From Alphaproteobacteria bacterium (lineage in GTDB: Bacteria; Pseudomonadota; Alphaproteobacteria; UBA7887): a stretch of 64,000 nucleotides of DNA. Made by a program: the position numbers and the translations under genes. The notes under the pieces were generated by a model that was not told where the DNA came from, did not search any database, and saw nothing but the letters and a program-made list of their open reading frames with translations. Shown here piece after piece: positions 26,627 to 36,933 of the stretch. How positions within the stretch are numbered: position 1 is the first letter of the stretch; the number at the start of each line of letters is the position of its first letter. The stretch spans positions 2,560,001 to 2,624,000 of the forward strand of contig CBDCGL010000011.1 of the NCBI GenBank assembly GCA_965216755.1, written 5' to 3'.

Positions 26627-26643
26627 CGCGAGTCCGATTTGCC

Positions 26644-27087
26644 ATGAGCACATCAAAAGCCGTTGAAATTCATACCGACGGTGCCTGTTCGGGCAATCCG
26701 GGTCCCGGCGGCTGGGGTGCCGTGCTACGCTATGGCGACAATGTGCGCGAATTGAGCGGCGGCGAAGCAGCGACCACCAACAACCGTATGGAATTGATGG
26801 CCGCTATCGTCGCGTTGGAAACGCTGAAATGGCCGGTGACCGCCAACCTACACACTGACTCAGTCTATGTGCGCGACGGCATCACCAAATGGCTGCACGG
26901 TTGGAAGAAAAACGGCTGGCGAACCGCAGCCAAAAAACCGGTCAAGAATGTCGATCTATGGCAACGTCTCGAACAAGCCGTCGCCCGTCACGACGTGCAC
27001 TGGCACTGGGTCAAGGGCCATGCCGGCGATCCCGGCAACGAACGGGCCGATGCCCTTGCCCGCGCGGCCTTAGAGAACTACCGATAA
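26644..27087 (+). CDS. rnhA: Ribonuclease HI
   Basis: '[15 protein letters not shown]','[10 protein letters not shown]','WVKGHAG..GNERAD'. Confidence 0.97.
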   Translation: MSTSKAVEIHTDGACSGNPGPGGWGAVLRYGDNVRELSGGEAATTNNRMELMAAIVALETLKWPVTANLHTDSVYVRDGITKWLHGWKKNGWRTAAKKPVKNVDLWQRLEQAVARHDVHWHWVKGHAGDPGNERADALARAALENYR

Positions 27088-27160
27088 CGTCAGCCGGGCG
27101 CGAACCGGGCGCCGGTGCGACACGCCGTACTTTTGATAAAACAAGCGCGACCAATACCGA

Positions 27161-27643
27161 TCAAAGGCGGGCCAGAATATTCTCCGCGCTCGACACGTCC
27201 AGACCGGGGCCGTCTTCCACCGCCAGCGCCGATACCGTGCCATTGTCCACCACCATGGCATAGCGCTGCGAACGCGTGCCCATGCCGAAACCGCTGGCAT
27301 CCAGTTGTAGGCCCACGGCACGGGTGAAGTCGGCATTGCCATCGGCCAGCATCAATACCGAATCGCCAACGCCCTGATTCTCGCCCCATGCGTTCATGAC
27401 AAAGGCGTCATTGACCGACAGACATGCGATGGTGTCCACACCCTTGGCCTTGATCGCCGCCGCGTTGCCGACAAATCCCGGCAGATGCTTCGCTGAACAG
27501 GTCGGTGTGAATGCGCCGGGTAGTGCAAACAAAACAACCTTCTTGCCCGCGAATAACTCGTCGGTCGTGATTTCCTGCATGCCGTCCCGATTCATATGTT
27601 TCAGCGTCACCGACGGCACCTTCTCACCCACTCCGATCGCCAT
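27161..27643 (-). CDS. Peroxiredoxin (Prx5/redoxin type)
   Basis: 'PGAFTPTCSAKHLPG','SVNDAFVM','RSQRYAM'. Confidence 0.95.
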   Translation of the reverse strand: MAIGVGEKVPSVTLKHMNRDGMQEITTDELFAGKKVVLFALPGAFTPTCSAKHLPGFVGNAAAIKAKGVDTIACLSVNDAFVMNAWGENQGVGDSVLMLADGNADFTRAVGLQLDASGFGMGTRSQRYAMVVDNGTVSALAVEDGPGLDVSSAENILARL

Positions 27644-27806
27644 CACATCACCTCCCAAACTGCTATCACGAATTGAACCATACCCGACAGCGGTCGCGCC
27701 GAGTAACTCTCGATGGCCGCAATATGGGGGCAAGTTTATCCCGGTCAAAGACAGAAAACGCAACGCTCACCAGATCGCCAAGCACAACCTTGGATCCGAA
27801 CGCCGC

Positions 27807-30014
27807 TCAATCGGCGGCCGCGTGGACTCGGCCAGAAGCATCGTCGAGGGCCGCCCGCACATCGGTTTTGGACAAGAGCTCGGACAGCACAATCCCGTCT
27901 GGTGCCCCAGGTCCGTAGACAACATTGAACGGAATCCCATAGCGCCCGAAGGATGCCAGGAATGCCGCGATGGCCGGATCGGGCAGGGTCCAATCTGCCT
28001 TCATTGCGACAATGTCGGTCGACGCGAACAGTCCGCGCACCTCCTCACTTTCAAGCACAAATTGCTTGTTGACCTTGCACGTGATGCACCAGTCCGCCGT
28101 GACATCGACAAACACGATCTTTTCGGCGGCGACCAATTCCGGGATGGCTTCGCGCTCGAAGGCGGTCCACGCGATCGCGGACTCGTCTGTGGCCGCACCG
28201 GAAACGGGTAATGCCACCGTGGTCGTCCCAAGAAACGTGGGTGCCGCCAGCGCCAGCGCCGCGCAGGCCGCGACCGCCGGAACGGCAACGCGCTGCAGCG
28301 ACGCGACCGGCGTCCACCGCGCCGCCAGCGCCAATCCGACGACAGCCATCAACACAGCGATCAACGCGGCCGCGGCCAGCCCCGACTGAATCGCCAACAC
28401 CGACAGCAACCACACCGCGGTCGCCACCAACGTCAAAGCCAAGGCCCATCTGAGCCAAATCATCCAGCGGCCCGGCCTTGGCAACCGCGCGGCCAGCCCG
28501 GGCGCGGCCGCGATGATCAGATAGGGTGCCGCCATACCGATCCCGAGAGCCAGAAAGATTGCCAAGATTTCGACCCAGCCACGACTCAGCGCAAAGCCCA
28601 CCGCCGTGCCCAAAAACGGTGCCGAGCAGGGCGTCGCCAGAAGGGTCGCCAGCGCGCCGGTCAAAAAACTGGCGCCCAAGGCCGGTTCCGCCCCCCGGTC
28701 CGCGGCGTCTACGCGCACCGCCGCCGCGCCCACCCATTGCGGCATCGCGATGTCGAACAATCCAAATAGATTGTAGGCAAATAACATAATCACGACGATC
28801 ATGAAGGCGAGGAAAACGGGTTGTTGGAACTGCGCGCCCCAACCGATCGCCGCCCCGGCATATTTCAATCCGATCGCTGCCGCGGCCAAGAGCAGGAACG
28901 ACACGACGATGCCCGCGGCCGAGGCCAAGAAACTCAGCGTGATGGTCCGGCGCGCGGCACCGGCATGTTTGATGACGCCAAACAGCTTCACCGACAGCAC
29001 CGGCAAGACACAGGGCATCAAATTCAAGATCAGACCGCCCAAAAGCGCCGCACCGATCATTGCCAAGAAAGACGCCGCATGTCCCGCCGGCGGCGTCTCC
29101 GCGGCATCGTCGGCGGGGGGCTTCATCGGTGCTGTCCGATCCGGCACGGACGCCAGCGTGAACGAAGCACCGCGCCGGCCATCGACCAATGTCACCATCA
29201 CGGCGTGGTCCGACAATTCCCCGCCTTTGGCCCCCTGCACATGAGCCGTCAACACCGCGCGACGGCCCCCGTCCTCGAGCCGCCGGTCGCCAGACCCAAA
29301 GCGCACGCCGCCCGGGCCTTCGACAAACAATGCCGGGTCCTCGAATGGGATCACTGAGCTGGCGACAACTTCCAGAATCCGCGGTGCGGTCGGGTCATCC
29401 AGGGCCGCGCGCACGATCTCCATGCCGGCCTCGCCGGGGGCGGCTGGCACACGCGCCGCATACTTGTCGATCAGCTGCGCGAAATCGGATGGCGTCGCCG
29501 GCCCGGCCGGCAGGTCAAGCGCGACATTTGCGGTCAGCGGCACGCAGATCTTTTCGCATGCTTGGTAGTCGACCACCGCGCGTAGGGCGAGCGGTTGGCC
29601 GACTTGATCAAGACGTACGTCAATCGGCAAGACGACCTGATCGGTGTAGCCGGCGGTTTCCAAATCGCCGAGCTCCGTGAACCGTTGCGGTGCCGGCCAG
29701 GAAATGTCCGCAGCCGCAAAATTCTCAGAATCATCAAATTGAGGTCGTGGCGGCAAACCGGCATCGCCGGGCGTGCGCCAATAGATCTTCCAGCCTTCGG
29801 CCAAACGAAATTGCAGGCCGACCCGAACGCTGTCCGCCTGGCCGACGGCTTGCACCGCCGAAATCAGCCGGACTTCGCTCATCTCTGTCTGATCCCAGGT
29901 CGACGACATGCCATGGCTGGCCCCGGCGCCAAAACAGGCGCCCGCGACCATCGAAATGGCCCCCGCCAATCGCCGCCCCCAGATGCATCGATGCTGACCG
30001 AATCGCTTCGTCAT
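27807..30014 (-). CDS. dsbD: DsbD-family protein-disulfide reductase
   Basis: N-domain 'IYWRTPGDAG...QACEKIC'; TM 'LMPCVLP','ATPCSAP'; thioredoxin 'ADWCITC'. Confidence 0.92.
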   Translation of the reverse strand: MTKRFGQHRCIWGRRLAGAISMVAGACFGAGASHGMSSTWDQTEMSEVRLISAVQAVGQADSVRVGLQFRLAEGWKIYWRTPGDAGLPPRPQFDDSENFAAADISWPAPQRFTELGDLETAGYTDQVVLPIDVRLDQVGQPLALRAVVDYQACEKICVPLTANVALDLPAGPATPSDFAQLIDKYAARVPAAPGEAGMEIVRAALDDPTAPRILEVVASSVIPFEDPALFVEGPGGVRFGSGDRRLEDGGRRAVLTAHVQGAKGGELSDHAVMVTLVDGRRGASFTLASVPDRTAPMKPPADDAAETPPAGHAASFLAMIGAALLGGLILNLMPCVLPVLSVKLFGVIKHAGAARRTITLSFLASAAGIVVSFLLLAAAAIGLKYAGAAIGWGAQFQQPVFLAFMIVVIMLFAYNLFGLFDIAMPQWVGAAAVRVDAADRGAEPALGASFLTGALATLLATPCSAPFLGTAVGFALSRGWVEILAIFLALGIGMAAPYLIIAAAPGLAARLPRPGRWMIWLRWALALTLVATAVWLLSVLAIQSGLAAAALIAVLMAVVGLALAARWTPVASLQRVAVPAVAACAALALAAPTFLGTTTVALPVSGAATDESAIAWTAFEREAIPELVAAEKIVFVDVTADWCITCKVNKQFVLESEEVRGLFASTDIVAMKADWTLPDPAIAAFLASFGRYGIPFNVVYGPGAPDGIVLSELLSKTDVRAALDDASGRVHAAAD

Positions 30015-30114
30015 GATGGCTGTAATATAGAGATCTTAGGCGATATTTGTCGGTCGTTTGCGGTCACTTCCGCGCGACCTTGCCGAACCGGCATCGAAGC
30101 CTTACTTTGGCTTT

Positions 30115-30690
30115 ATGACAGAATCCGATGACCATGGCGGCTATCTTTCCGGGCATTTGCTGATTGCCATGCCGCAAATGGGCGATCCGCGATTTGCGCG
30201 CACGGTCGTCTATATGTGCGCCCATAACGCCGACGGCGCAATGGGTTTGGTCGTCAATAAGCTTTTGGGATCATTGACGTTTGGCGAGTTGATGAAGCAG
30301 ATGGGCATCGAGACTGGCGACGCCGACGATCATATTCAGATTCATTTCGGCGGGCCTGTGGAATCGAGCCGCGGCTTTGTCTTGCACACACCCGACTATC
30401 ACAGCGAAGCGACGCTGCAAGTCGATGACTTGTTCGCGTTGACCTCGACCGTCGATGTGTTGCGCTCAATCGCCGGCGGCCAAGGGCCAAAGCAAGCCAT
30501 TCTCGCGCTCGGCTATGCGGGTTGGGCGCCCGGTCAGTTGGACCAAGAAATCCAAAATAATGGCTGGCTGCACGCACCAGCCGATCACAGCCTTGTCTTT
30601 GGCCACGACCAAGAAAACAAATGGGAGCAGGCGGTCGGCAAAGTCGGTATCGACTTGCGCCTACTGTCGACCGAGGCCGGCCACGCTTAG
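30115..30690 (+). CDS. YqgE/AlgH family protein
   Basis: 'LLIAMPQMGDPRF','FGGPVE..RGFVLH','LGYAGWAPGQLDQEI','EAGHA'. Confidence 0.95.
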   Translation: MTESDDHGGYLSGHLLIAMPQMGDPRFARTVVYMCAHNADGAMGLVVNKLLGSLTFGELMKQMGIETGDADDHIQIHFGGPVESSRGFVLHTPDYHSEATLQVDDLFALTSTVDVLRSIAGGQGPKQAILALGYAGWAPGQLDQEIQNNGWLHAPADHSLVFGHDQENKWEQAVGKVGIDLRLLSTEAGHA

Positions 30691-30734
30691 CTTTCTTATC
30701 CCGGTGTCCCGGTGGTCCCGTTGTCCCGGTGTCC

Positions 30735-30819
30735 CGGTGACAGTTTACTAAATACACTATATATGGCGGCCCCATTATAGATGCCCACATCATGTTGTGT
30801 ATTTAGTAAACTGTCACCG
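30735..30819. repeat. REPIN/MITE-like hairpin element, copy 1
   Basis: 23-bp perfect inverted repeats CGGTGACAGTTTACTAAATACAC / GTGTATTTAGTAAACTGTCACCG around a 39-bp AT-rich spacer; flanked by tandem TCCCGGTG-like units on the left and CACCGAGAC x2 on the right. Confidence 0.8.
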
Positions 30820-30946
30820 AGACCACCGAGACGTGGCTAGTCGGTTTTCAAGCGCGCCGTTGCCGGCTCGGTAAATACTTTTGGTTTGCGTCGGCGCCGG
30901 CGGACCATGACACCGACCGGCGCCAAAACGGGAACCGGCCGCGTCC

Positions 30947-31031
30947 CGGTGACAGTTTACTAAATACACTATATATGGCGGCCCCATTATAGATGCCCAC
31001 ATCATGTTGTGTATTTAGTAAACTGTCACCG
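30947..31031. repeat. REPIN/MITE-like hairpin element, copy 2
   Basis: Identical to copy 1, offset by 212 bp. Confidence 0.8.
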
Positions 31032-31048
31032 AGACCACCGAGACGTGG

Positions 31049-31735
31049 CTAGTCGGTTTTCAAGCGCGCCGTTGCCGGCTCGGTAAATACTTTTGGTTTG
31101 CGTCGGCGCCGGCGGACCATGACACCGACCGGCGCCAAAACGGGAACCGGCCGCGCGTCGCTATGTAGCATGCCAAACAGAATATGATCCTGCCACTTGC
31201 CGGCGATGCGCAAATATTGTCGTGCGTAGCCTTCTTCGCTGAAGCCAACCTTGCGCAATAGCATTTGGCTGGCCCGATTGGACGGCAGGCAGGCCGCCTC
31301 CAGCCGATGCAGCTTCAAGGAATCAAAAGCAAAGGCCAGTGTCGCCGCCAACGCCTCGGTCATGTAACCCTGACGCGCAAAGGCCTCGCCAACCCAATAG
31401 CCGATGCTGCACGTTTGCGCGACACCGCGGCGAACATTGTTCAGCGATATGCTACCGATCAGGACGTCATCCTCGGCGCGAAAGACGAAAAAGGTGTAAC
31501 CCGAATCGACGTTCGAATGCAGCGCGTAGGCACGCAAGCGACGCAGAAATGCCTTTCGGGTCAGGGCATCACGCGGCCAGGTCGGCTCCCACGGTGCCAA
31601 AAAGGCACGGCTGGCGCCACGCAATGCCACCCACGGCCGCCAATCGCCACGCTGTGGCGGCCGCAGATAGACCCGACCGGCGCGGATCGGCCTGCCGCGC
31701 ATGGATTCGGAAAAAGCTTTGAACAGACCGATCAC
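31049..31735 (-). CDS. rimJ: RimJ-like ribosomal-protein-alanine N-acetyltransferase (GNAT)
   Basis: 'FLAPWEP','NVRRGVAQTCSIGYW','LHRLEAACLPSN','YLRIAGKWQDH'. Confidence 0.88.
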   Translation of the reverse strand: MIGLFKAFSESMRGRPIRAGRVYLRPPQRGDWRPWVALRGASRAFLAPWEPTWPRDALTRKAFLRRLRAYALHSNVDSGYTFFVFRAEDDVLIGSISLNNVRRGVAQTCSIGYWVGEAFARQGYMTEALAATLAFAFDSLKLHRLEAACLPSNRASQMLLRKVGFSEEGYARQYLRIAGKWQDHILFGMLHSDARPVPVLAPVGVMVRRRRRKPKVFTEPATARLKTD

Positions 31736-31998
31736 CGGGTCCTCCGCATGACGAACCGAAAAGCGTCGCCCTGTCGGTCGCTGGCGAGGAGTTCATGGCC
31801 GGTGACCGCGCAAAAATTGGCAAAATCCTCGACCGCCGTCGGATCGGTCGCCAGCACTGTCAGTCGGCTGCCGATCGGCACACCCCGTATTGCCTTCTTC
31901 GCCTTCAATACAGGCAAGGGGCACGCCAGCCCGCGCGCATCCAATTGCGCATCAGCCTTGTCATCCGTCTCGTGACGTTCTTCGGTGATTGTTCGCAC
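31732..31998 (-). CDS. tusA: TusA/SirA-family sulfurtransferase
   Basis: 'LDARGLACPLPVLKAKKA...VLATDP'; GTG start at 31998 is inferred. Confidence 0.88.
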   Translation of the reverse strand: MRTITEERHETDDKADAQLDARGLACPLPVLKAKKAIRGVPIGSRLTVLATDPTAVEDFANFCAVTGHELLASDRQGDAFRFVMRRTR

Positions 31999-32003
31999 CT
32001 CTT

Positions 32004-33281
32004 CTAACCAAGCCGCCGCTGAATCCAATCATAGTCAGGCAAATCGGCGATCGGCCCCAAGGCAGCCACGGTCGGCGAAGCGCAACCGAACAGGCGTTCG
32101 CCGACACGGGTCAAATCCGCCCGATCGATCGCGTCGATATTGGCGATGATTTCGCTGGTCGGAATCAACCGACCGAAAATCAGCAACTGGCGCGCCATTT
32201 GCTCACAGCGCGAGAACGCGCTTTCCAGCGACATCAACAACCCGGCCTTGAGTTGCGTACGCGCGCGCTGAACTTCGGTCGGTGACAGATCTGCAACCGC
32301 CTTCTCGGCCTCTGCGCACAAGACGTCAACCAATTCAGCGCTGTCAGTCTGGCTGGTCCCAGCATATATGCCGAACAAACCGCCGTCGGTGAAGCTGGAT
32401 GTAAAGGCGTAGACCGAATAGGCGAGGCCGCGACGTTCGCGCACTTCTTGAAAAAGCCGCGACGACATGCCGCCCCCCAACACCGTCGAGAAAATTTGTG
32501 CCGCGTAATAGTCGTCGTCGCCATAAGCGACGCCATCGAGGCCAATCAGAAAATGAACTTGCTCCAAAGGCCGCGCGTCGCGGGTATCACCCCCAACATA
32601 TCGCGCCGCTTCAACGTTTCGATCATCGTCGCCGCTCAAGGCGCCAAACGCCGCCTCGGCCAGCGCCAGGATCTGCTCATGGTCGACGGCGCCGGCGGCC
32701 GCGACGATCATGCGACCCGGCGTATAGTGATGTTGCAGATAACCCGCCAATTCGGCGCGAGTCATGTTCGACACCCGGTCGACCGATCCCAAAACCGACC
32801 GGCCCATCGCCTGATTCGGATAGGCGGCTTCCTGAAACAGATCGAAGACAAGATCATCGGGCGTATCGTGGACTTGGCCGATTTCCTGAATAATGACTGT
32901 CCGCTCGCGTTCAAGCTCTTCCGGATCAAAAGCGGCATTGAGCAAAATGTCGCCGAGCAGATCCATGGCCAGCGGCACATCATCCTTGAGCACTTTGGCG
33001 TAGTAGGCAGTCTGCTCGCGCGAGGTATAGGCATTGAGATGGCCACCCACGGCCTCGATCTCTTCGGCAATCGCTTGGGCGCTACGGCGGGCCGTACCCT
33101 TGAACGCCATATGTTCGATCAAGTGGGAAATACCGTTGATGCGCGGCGATTCGTGGCGCGCGCCGGCATCGACCCAAACCCCAACCGACGCGGTTTCCAA
33201 GGCCGGCATGGATTGCGTGACCACCCGCACGCCATTGCTTAACGTCGTCAATTGCGGATCCAAACGCACCACGTCAGACAT
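32004..33281 (-). CDS. M16 (insulinase/MPP-like) zinc peptidase
   Basis: 'HLIEHMAFKGT','LNAYTSRE','GGGMSSRLFQEVRE'. Confidence 0.95.
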   Translation of the reverse strand: MSDVVRLDPQLTTLSNGVRVVTQSMPALETASVGVWVDAGARHESPRINGISHLIEHMAFKGTARRSAQAIAEEIEAVGGHLNAYTSREQTAYYAKVLKDDVPLAMDLLGDILLNAAFDPEELERERTVIIQEIGQVHDTPDDLVFDLFQEAAYPNQAMGRSVLGSVDRVSNMTRAELAGYLQHHYTPGRMIVAAAGAVDHEQILALAEAAFGALSGDDDRNVEAARYVGGDTRDARPLEQVHFLIGLDGVAYGDDDYYAAQIFSTVLGGGMSSRLFQEVRERRGLAYSVYAFTSSFTDGGLFGIYAGTSQTDSAELVDVLCAEAEKAVADLSPTEVQRARTQLKAGLLMSLESAFSRCEQMARQLLIFGRLIPTSEIIANIDAIDRADLTRVGERLFGCASPTVAALGPIADLPDYDWIQRRLG

Positions 33282-33334
33282 GCTCACCGTGCCCAATTTG
33301 TACCGTCCTGCCCAATACCACTCCCGACGGCATG

Positions 33335-34759
33335 CTACCTATCGGCAGCCCATGCCGATGCACGAATATAGTCTTGCACTGCGGCGAGGTCACGGTCGAG
33401 CATGGTATAATGCTCGTCGGCCTCGCCGAGGCCTCGTAGCGGTGGCGGCACGGGCGGCGGCATGCCAATCGCCCGCAACACGGCATCCGGAAATTTGGCC
33501 GGGTGCGCGGTCGCCAGGGCGATCATGGGGATGGCGCTATCTCGATGCATGCGGCGCGCCGCGGCGACACCCACCGCGCTGTGCGGGTCGATAATCAAGC
33601 CGGTGTCGCCATGGACACGTCGGATCTCAGCGAGTGTCTCCGCCTCATCGATTCGCGCGCCGCCAAATGTCGACCGCGCTCTGGCCATGCGGTCGGCACC
33701 GATTTCGAAACCACCCCGGTCGGTCAGTTCGTCCATCCGTGCACCAACGGCGCGGCCATCGCGATCGCACAAATCGAACAGCAACCGCTCGAAATTGCTC
33801 GCCACCTGAATATCCATGCTCGGCGAAATGGTCGGCTTCACCTGCGCCGTTTGATAACGACCGCTGTCAAGCCATCGCGTCAAAATGTCGTTGCGATTTG
33901 TGGCGACGATCAAGCGCGTCAGCGGCAAGCCCATTTGGGCCGCCGCATAGCCGGCGTAGACATCGCCAAAATTGCCGGTCGGCACCGCGAAGGAAACCGG
34001 GCGATGGGGCGCGCCCAAAGCGACCGCAGCGTAAAAATAGTAAACCGTCTGCGCCATGACCCGCGCCCAGTTGATCGAGTTGATCGCGGACAAATTCAAT
34101 TCCGCCCGAAATCGCGCGTCGTTGAACATGGCTTTGACCAAGGCTTGGCAATCGTCGAACGTGCCTTTGATGGCGATATTGTGGACGTTGGTTGCCGTCA
34201 CCGTGGTCATTTGCCGACGTTGCACATCGGATACCCGGCCCTCGGGGTGCAAAATAAAGATCTCGATATTGTCGCGCCCCATGCACCCGTGAATTGCCGC
34301 CGAACCGGTATCACCGGATGTCGCCCCAACGATCGTAATCCGTTCGCCCCGCGCGGCGAGAACACGATCGAACAGCCGCCCAAGCAATTGCAAAGCGAAA
34401 TCCTTGAACGCCAGGGTCGGGCCGTGAAACAACTCCAAAAGCCAGAGATTGGCATCGATCTCAACCAACGGCGCGGTCGCCGGATGGGTAAAAGCGCCAT
34501 AGGCCGCGCGTGCCATTTCGGCAATCGCCGGTTGGCTCAGGGCGTTGTCATCGTGGCCTGCCATAAAAGGCGCCATGATCCTTGCGGCCGCACCCGCGTA
34601 AGCGCAGCCGGCCAGATCGGCCATATCCGCGGCCGCCAAGACCGGCCATCGATCAGGCACGAACAGGCCGCCGTCCGGCGCCAAGCCGGTCAACAACACC
34701 TGCTCGAAATCGCACGCGTCGCCACCGCCACGCGTGCTGACATATGACACCATCATCAT
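33335..34759 (-). CDS. thrC: Threonine synthase
   Basis: 'YVSTRG','ELFHGPTLAFKD','ATSGDTGSAA','NSINWAR','VPTGNFG','ATAHPAKF'. Start lies within the MMM run at 34753-34759. Confidence 0.97.
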   Translation of the reverse strand: MMMVSYVSTRGGGDACDFEQVLLTGLAPDGGLFVPDRWPVLAAADMADLAGCAYAGAAARIMAPFMAGHDDNALSQPAIAEMARAAYGAFTHPATAPLVEIDANLWLLELFHGPTLAFKDFALQLLGRLFDRVLAARGERITIVGATSGDTGSAAIHGCMGRDNIEIFILHPEGRVSDVQRRQMTTVTATNVHNIAIKGTFDDCQALVKAMFNDARFRAELNLSAINSINWARVMAQTVYYFYAAVALGAPHRPVSFAVPTGNFGDVYAGYAAAQMGLPLTRLIVATNRNDILTRWLDSGRYQTAQVKPTISPSMDIQVASNFERLLFDLCDRDGRAVGARMDELTDRGGFEIGADRMARARSTFGGARIDEAETLAEIRRVHGDTGLIIDPHSAVGVAAARRMHRDSAIPMIALATAHPAKFPDAVLRAIGMPPPVPPPLRGLGEADEHYTMLDRDLAAVQDYIRASAWAADR

Positions 34760-34840
34760 GGCCTTGATTGCCAAACCCGCATCCAACCCCTTATAGCAAG
34801 GAACCGGCACGCCCGCAGACTCAAACGATTCGACCTGGAA

Positions 34841-35422
34841 ATGACCGAACCTCCCAAAATATTGGCCTTCGCCGGCAGCACAAGAGCGTCCTCGTTGAAC
34901 AAGCGTCTGGTGAAAATTGCGGCCGCCGCGGCGGTCGAATCCGGTGCGCATGTGAACCATCTCGACCTGCGCGACCTGCCGATGCCGCTTTACGACGGCG
35001 ATTTGGAGGCGACCGACGGAATTCCCAAGAACGGCCTCCGATTCAAGGCTTTACTCAAAGAACATGATGGTTTTCTGATTGCTTCGCCGGAATATAACGG
35101 TTCGTTTTCGGCGGTCCTGAAAAACGCCATCGATTGGGCATCGCGGCCGCAATCGGATGAGCCGCCACTGGTCGCGTTTCGTGGCAAGGCGGCGGGGTTG
35201 GTGAGCGCCTCGCCCGGCGCGCTTGGCGGCCTGCGCGGCCTCGCGCATCTACGTCAGTTGTTGAGCAACATTCAAGTCCTGGTCATTCCCCATCAAGCCG
35301 CGATCGGGCGTGCGGCCCAGGCCTTTGACGACAATGGCGGCCTCAACGATGCCAGCCAGCTCGCCGCGGTCGAAGGGATCGGTGCGGGATTGGCTGATCT
35401 GCTGCGAAAAATGCAAAATTAA
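34841..35422 (+). CDS. NADPH-dependent FMN reductase
   Basis: 'AGSTR..SLN','ASPEYNGS..AVLKNAIDWASR','SPGALGGLRG'. Confidence 0.93.
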   Translation: MTEPPKILAFAGSTRASSLNKRLVKIAAAAAVESGAHVNHLDLRDLPMPLYDGDLEATDGIPKNGLRFKALLKEHDGFLIASPEYNGSFSAVLKNAIDWASRPQSDEPPLVAFRGKAAGLVSASPGALGGLRGLAHLRQLLSNIQVLVIPHQAAIGRAAQAFDDNGGLNDASQLAAVEGIGAGLADLLRKMQN

Positions 35423-36933
35423 TCGCGGGACAGATAGCGTCGCCGCAGATGTGCGGTGAACGCCGCCACATCAAATGACCGGCCCGTGGCCTCGGTAAGC
35501 AGGTCCGGCGTCGAAACCAACGATCCCTTGGCGTGGATATTTGGGCCTAGCCACGCATAGAGCGGCGCAAAATCGCCAACGCCCAAAGCCTGGGGAATTG
35601 CCGGATCGGCGTCGACCGCCGTGGCGAACAGCTGGGCCGCAGCAATGGCGCCCAGTGTGTAAGTCGGGAAATAACCGAAGATACCTTCGAACCAATGGAT
35701 ATCCTGCATGCAGCCATCGCGATCGTCCAGGGGCGCGACACCAACCAGCTCGATCATGCCGTCATGCCAGGCCGCCGGCAGGTCGGCGAGCGCCAAATCG
35801 CCAGCGATGATGGCGCGCTCTAGGCGATAACGCACTATCACGTGGCTCGGGTAAGTCACTTCATCCGCGTCGACACGAATCAGGCCACGCGTCACCCGCG
35901 TATAATGTCGATAGAGATTTTCCGCCGACCATTCCGGCCCGCTGCGCCCAAACCCCTCGGCGATCAGCGGCGCGGCATGGGTCAAGAAATCCAAATTGCG
36001 GCAGGCTTGCATTTCGATCAGCAACGACTGGCTTTCGTGCATCGCCATGCCACGGGCGCGACCGACCGGCTGATGACGCCATGCTTGCGGCAGACCGCGT
36101 TCGTAGAGCGCGTGGCCGGTCTCGTGCAACACGGCCATCAATCCCGACGTGAAGTCGGTTTCGTCGAATCGCGTTGTGATGCGCAGATCGTCGGGGGTGC
36201 CGCCAGAGAATGGGTGGGCGCTGACATCCAAGCGGCCACAATCGAAAGGAAAGCCAACGGCGGCCATCAGCTTTTCGGCGATCATGCGTTGTTGGTCGGC
36301 GGGAAACGGGCCGTCGAAGGGCAGCGGCGGTGGCTGGCGTGCTTGCGCCGCCAACACATTGTCGGTGAAGTCTGGCAAAAAATCGGCCAGTTCGGCGAAC
36401 ATCGGATCAATCTCGGCGATGCGCAAGCCGGGATCATGTTGGTCAAGCAGAGCGTCATACGGCGCGCACGCGAAGGCCGCCGCCTTGGCGGCAGCGGTTT
36501 CCTTGACCAGCGCCAACACCTCCGCCAACAACGGTCGCACCGCGCCATAGTCGTTCCTGGGCCGGGCGTCGCGCCACGCCATTTCGCAGGCGGCCGTGGC
36601 GCGGCTCTTCGCCGCCACCAAGTCAGACGGCACGGCGCGGGCGTGGTGCCAAGACCGTTTCATTTCGGCCAAATTGGCACGCTGCCAGTCATCCAGCGCT
36701 TCGCCCTGTTGGACACTTTGGTCGAACCAATCGCCAAGCCGCGGATCGGTGGTCAATTCGTGAATGACGACACCGATTTCAGCGATCTCGTCGGCGCGCG
36801 CATCGGCTGCACCGGCCGGCATCATGGTCGCCCAATCCCAATGCAAATGTCCGCGCGCGCGCCCCAAAAAGGATAAACGCCGAAAGCGTGCCTCCAGCGC
36901 CGCATAGGCGTTGGGCACCGCCGAATTGGTCAC
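35419..36933 (-). CDS. Carboxypeptidase M32 (Taq-type)
   Basis: 'HPF','RITTR','HETGHALYE','HESQS','IRVDADE','GYFPTYTLG'; GTG start overlaps the ctaA stop. Confidence 0.95.
   Translation of the reverse strand: MTNSAVPNAYAALEARFRRLSFLGRARGHLHWDWATMMPAGAADARADEIAEIGVVIHELTTDPRLGDWFDQSVQQGEALDDWQRANLAEMKRSWHHARAVPSDLVAAKSRATAACEMAWRDARPRNDYGAVRPLLAEVLALVKETAAAKAAAFACAPYDALLDQHDPGLRIAEIDPMFAELADFLPDFTDNVLAAQARQPPPLPFDGPFPADQQRMIAEKLMAAVGFPFDCGRLDVSAHPFSGGTPDDLRITTRFDETDFTSGLMAVLHETGHALYERGLPQAWRHQPVGRARGMAMHESQSLLIEMQACRNLDFLTHAAPLIAEGFGRSGPEWSAENLYRHYTRVTRGLIRVDADEVTYPSHVIVRYRLERAIIAGDLALADLPAAWHDGMIELVGVAPLDDRDGCMQDIHWFEGIFGYFPTYTLGAIAAAQLFATAVDADPAIPQALGVGDFAPLYAWLGPNIHAKGSLVSTPDLLTEATGRSFDVAAFTAHLRRRYLSRD

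Larger units (their letters stand above)
30731..31154. repeat. 212-bp exact tandem duplication (hairpin plus the 3' end of the rimJ-like gene)
   Basis: 30731-30942 matches 30943-31154 by direct reading. Confidence 0.9.

Noticed and set aside
30731-31154. Possible CRISPR array
   Set aside because: Only two units with identical 'spacers' that include rimJ coding sequence; no cas genes.
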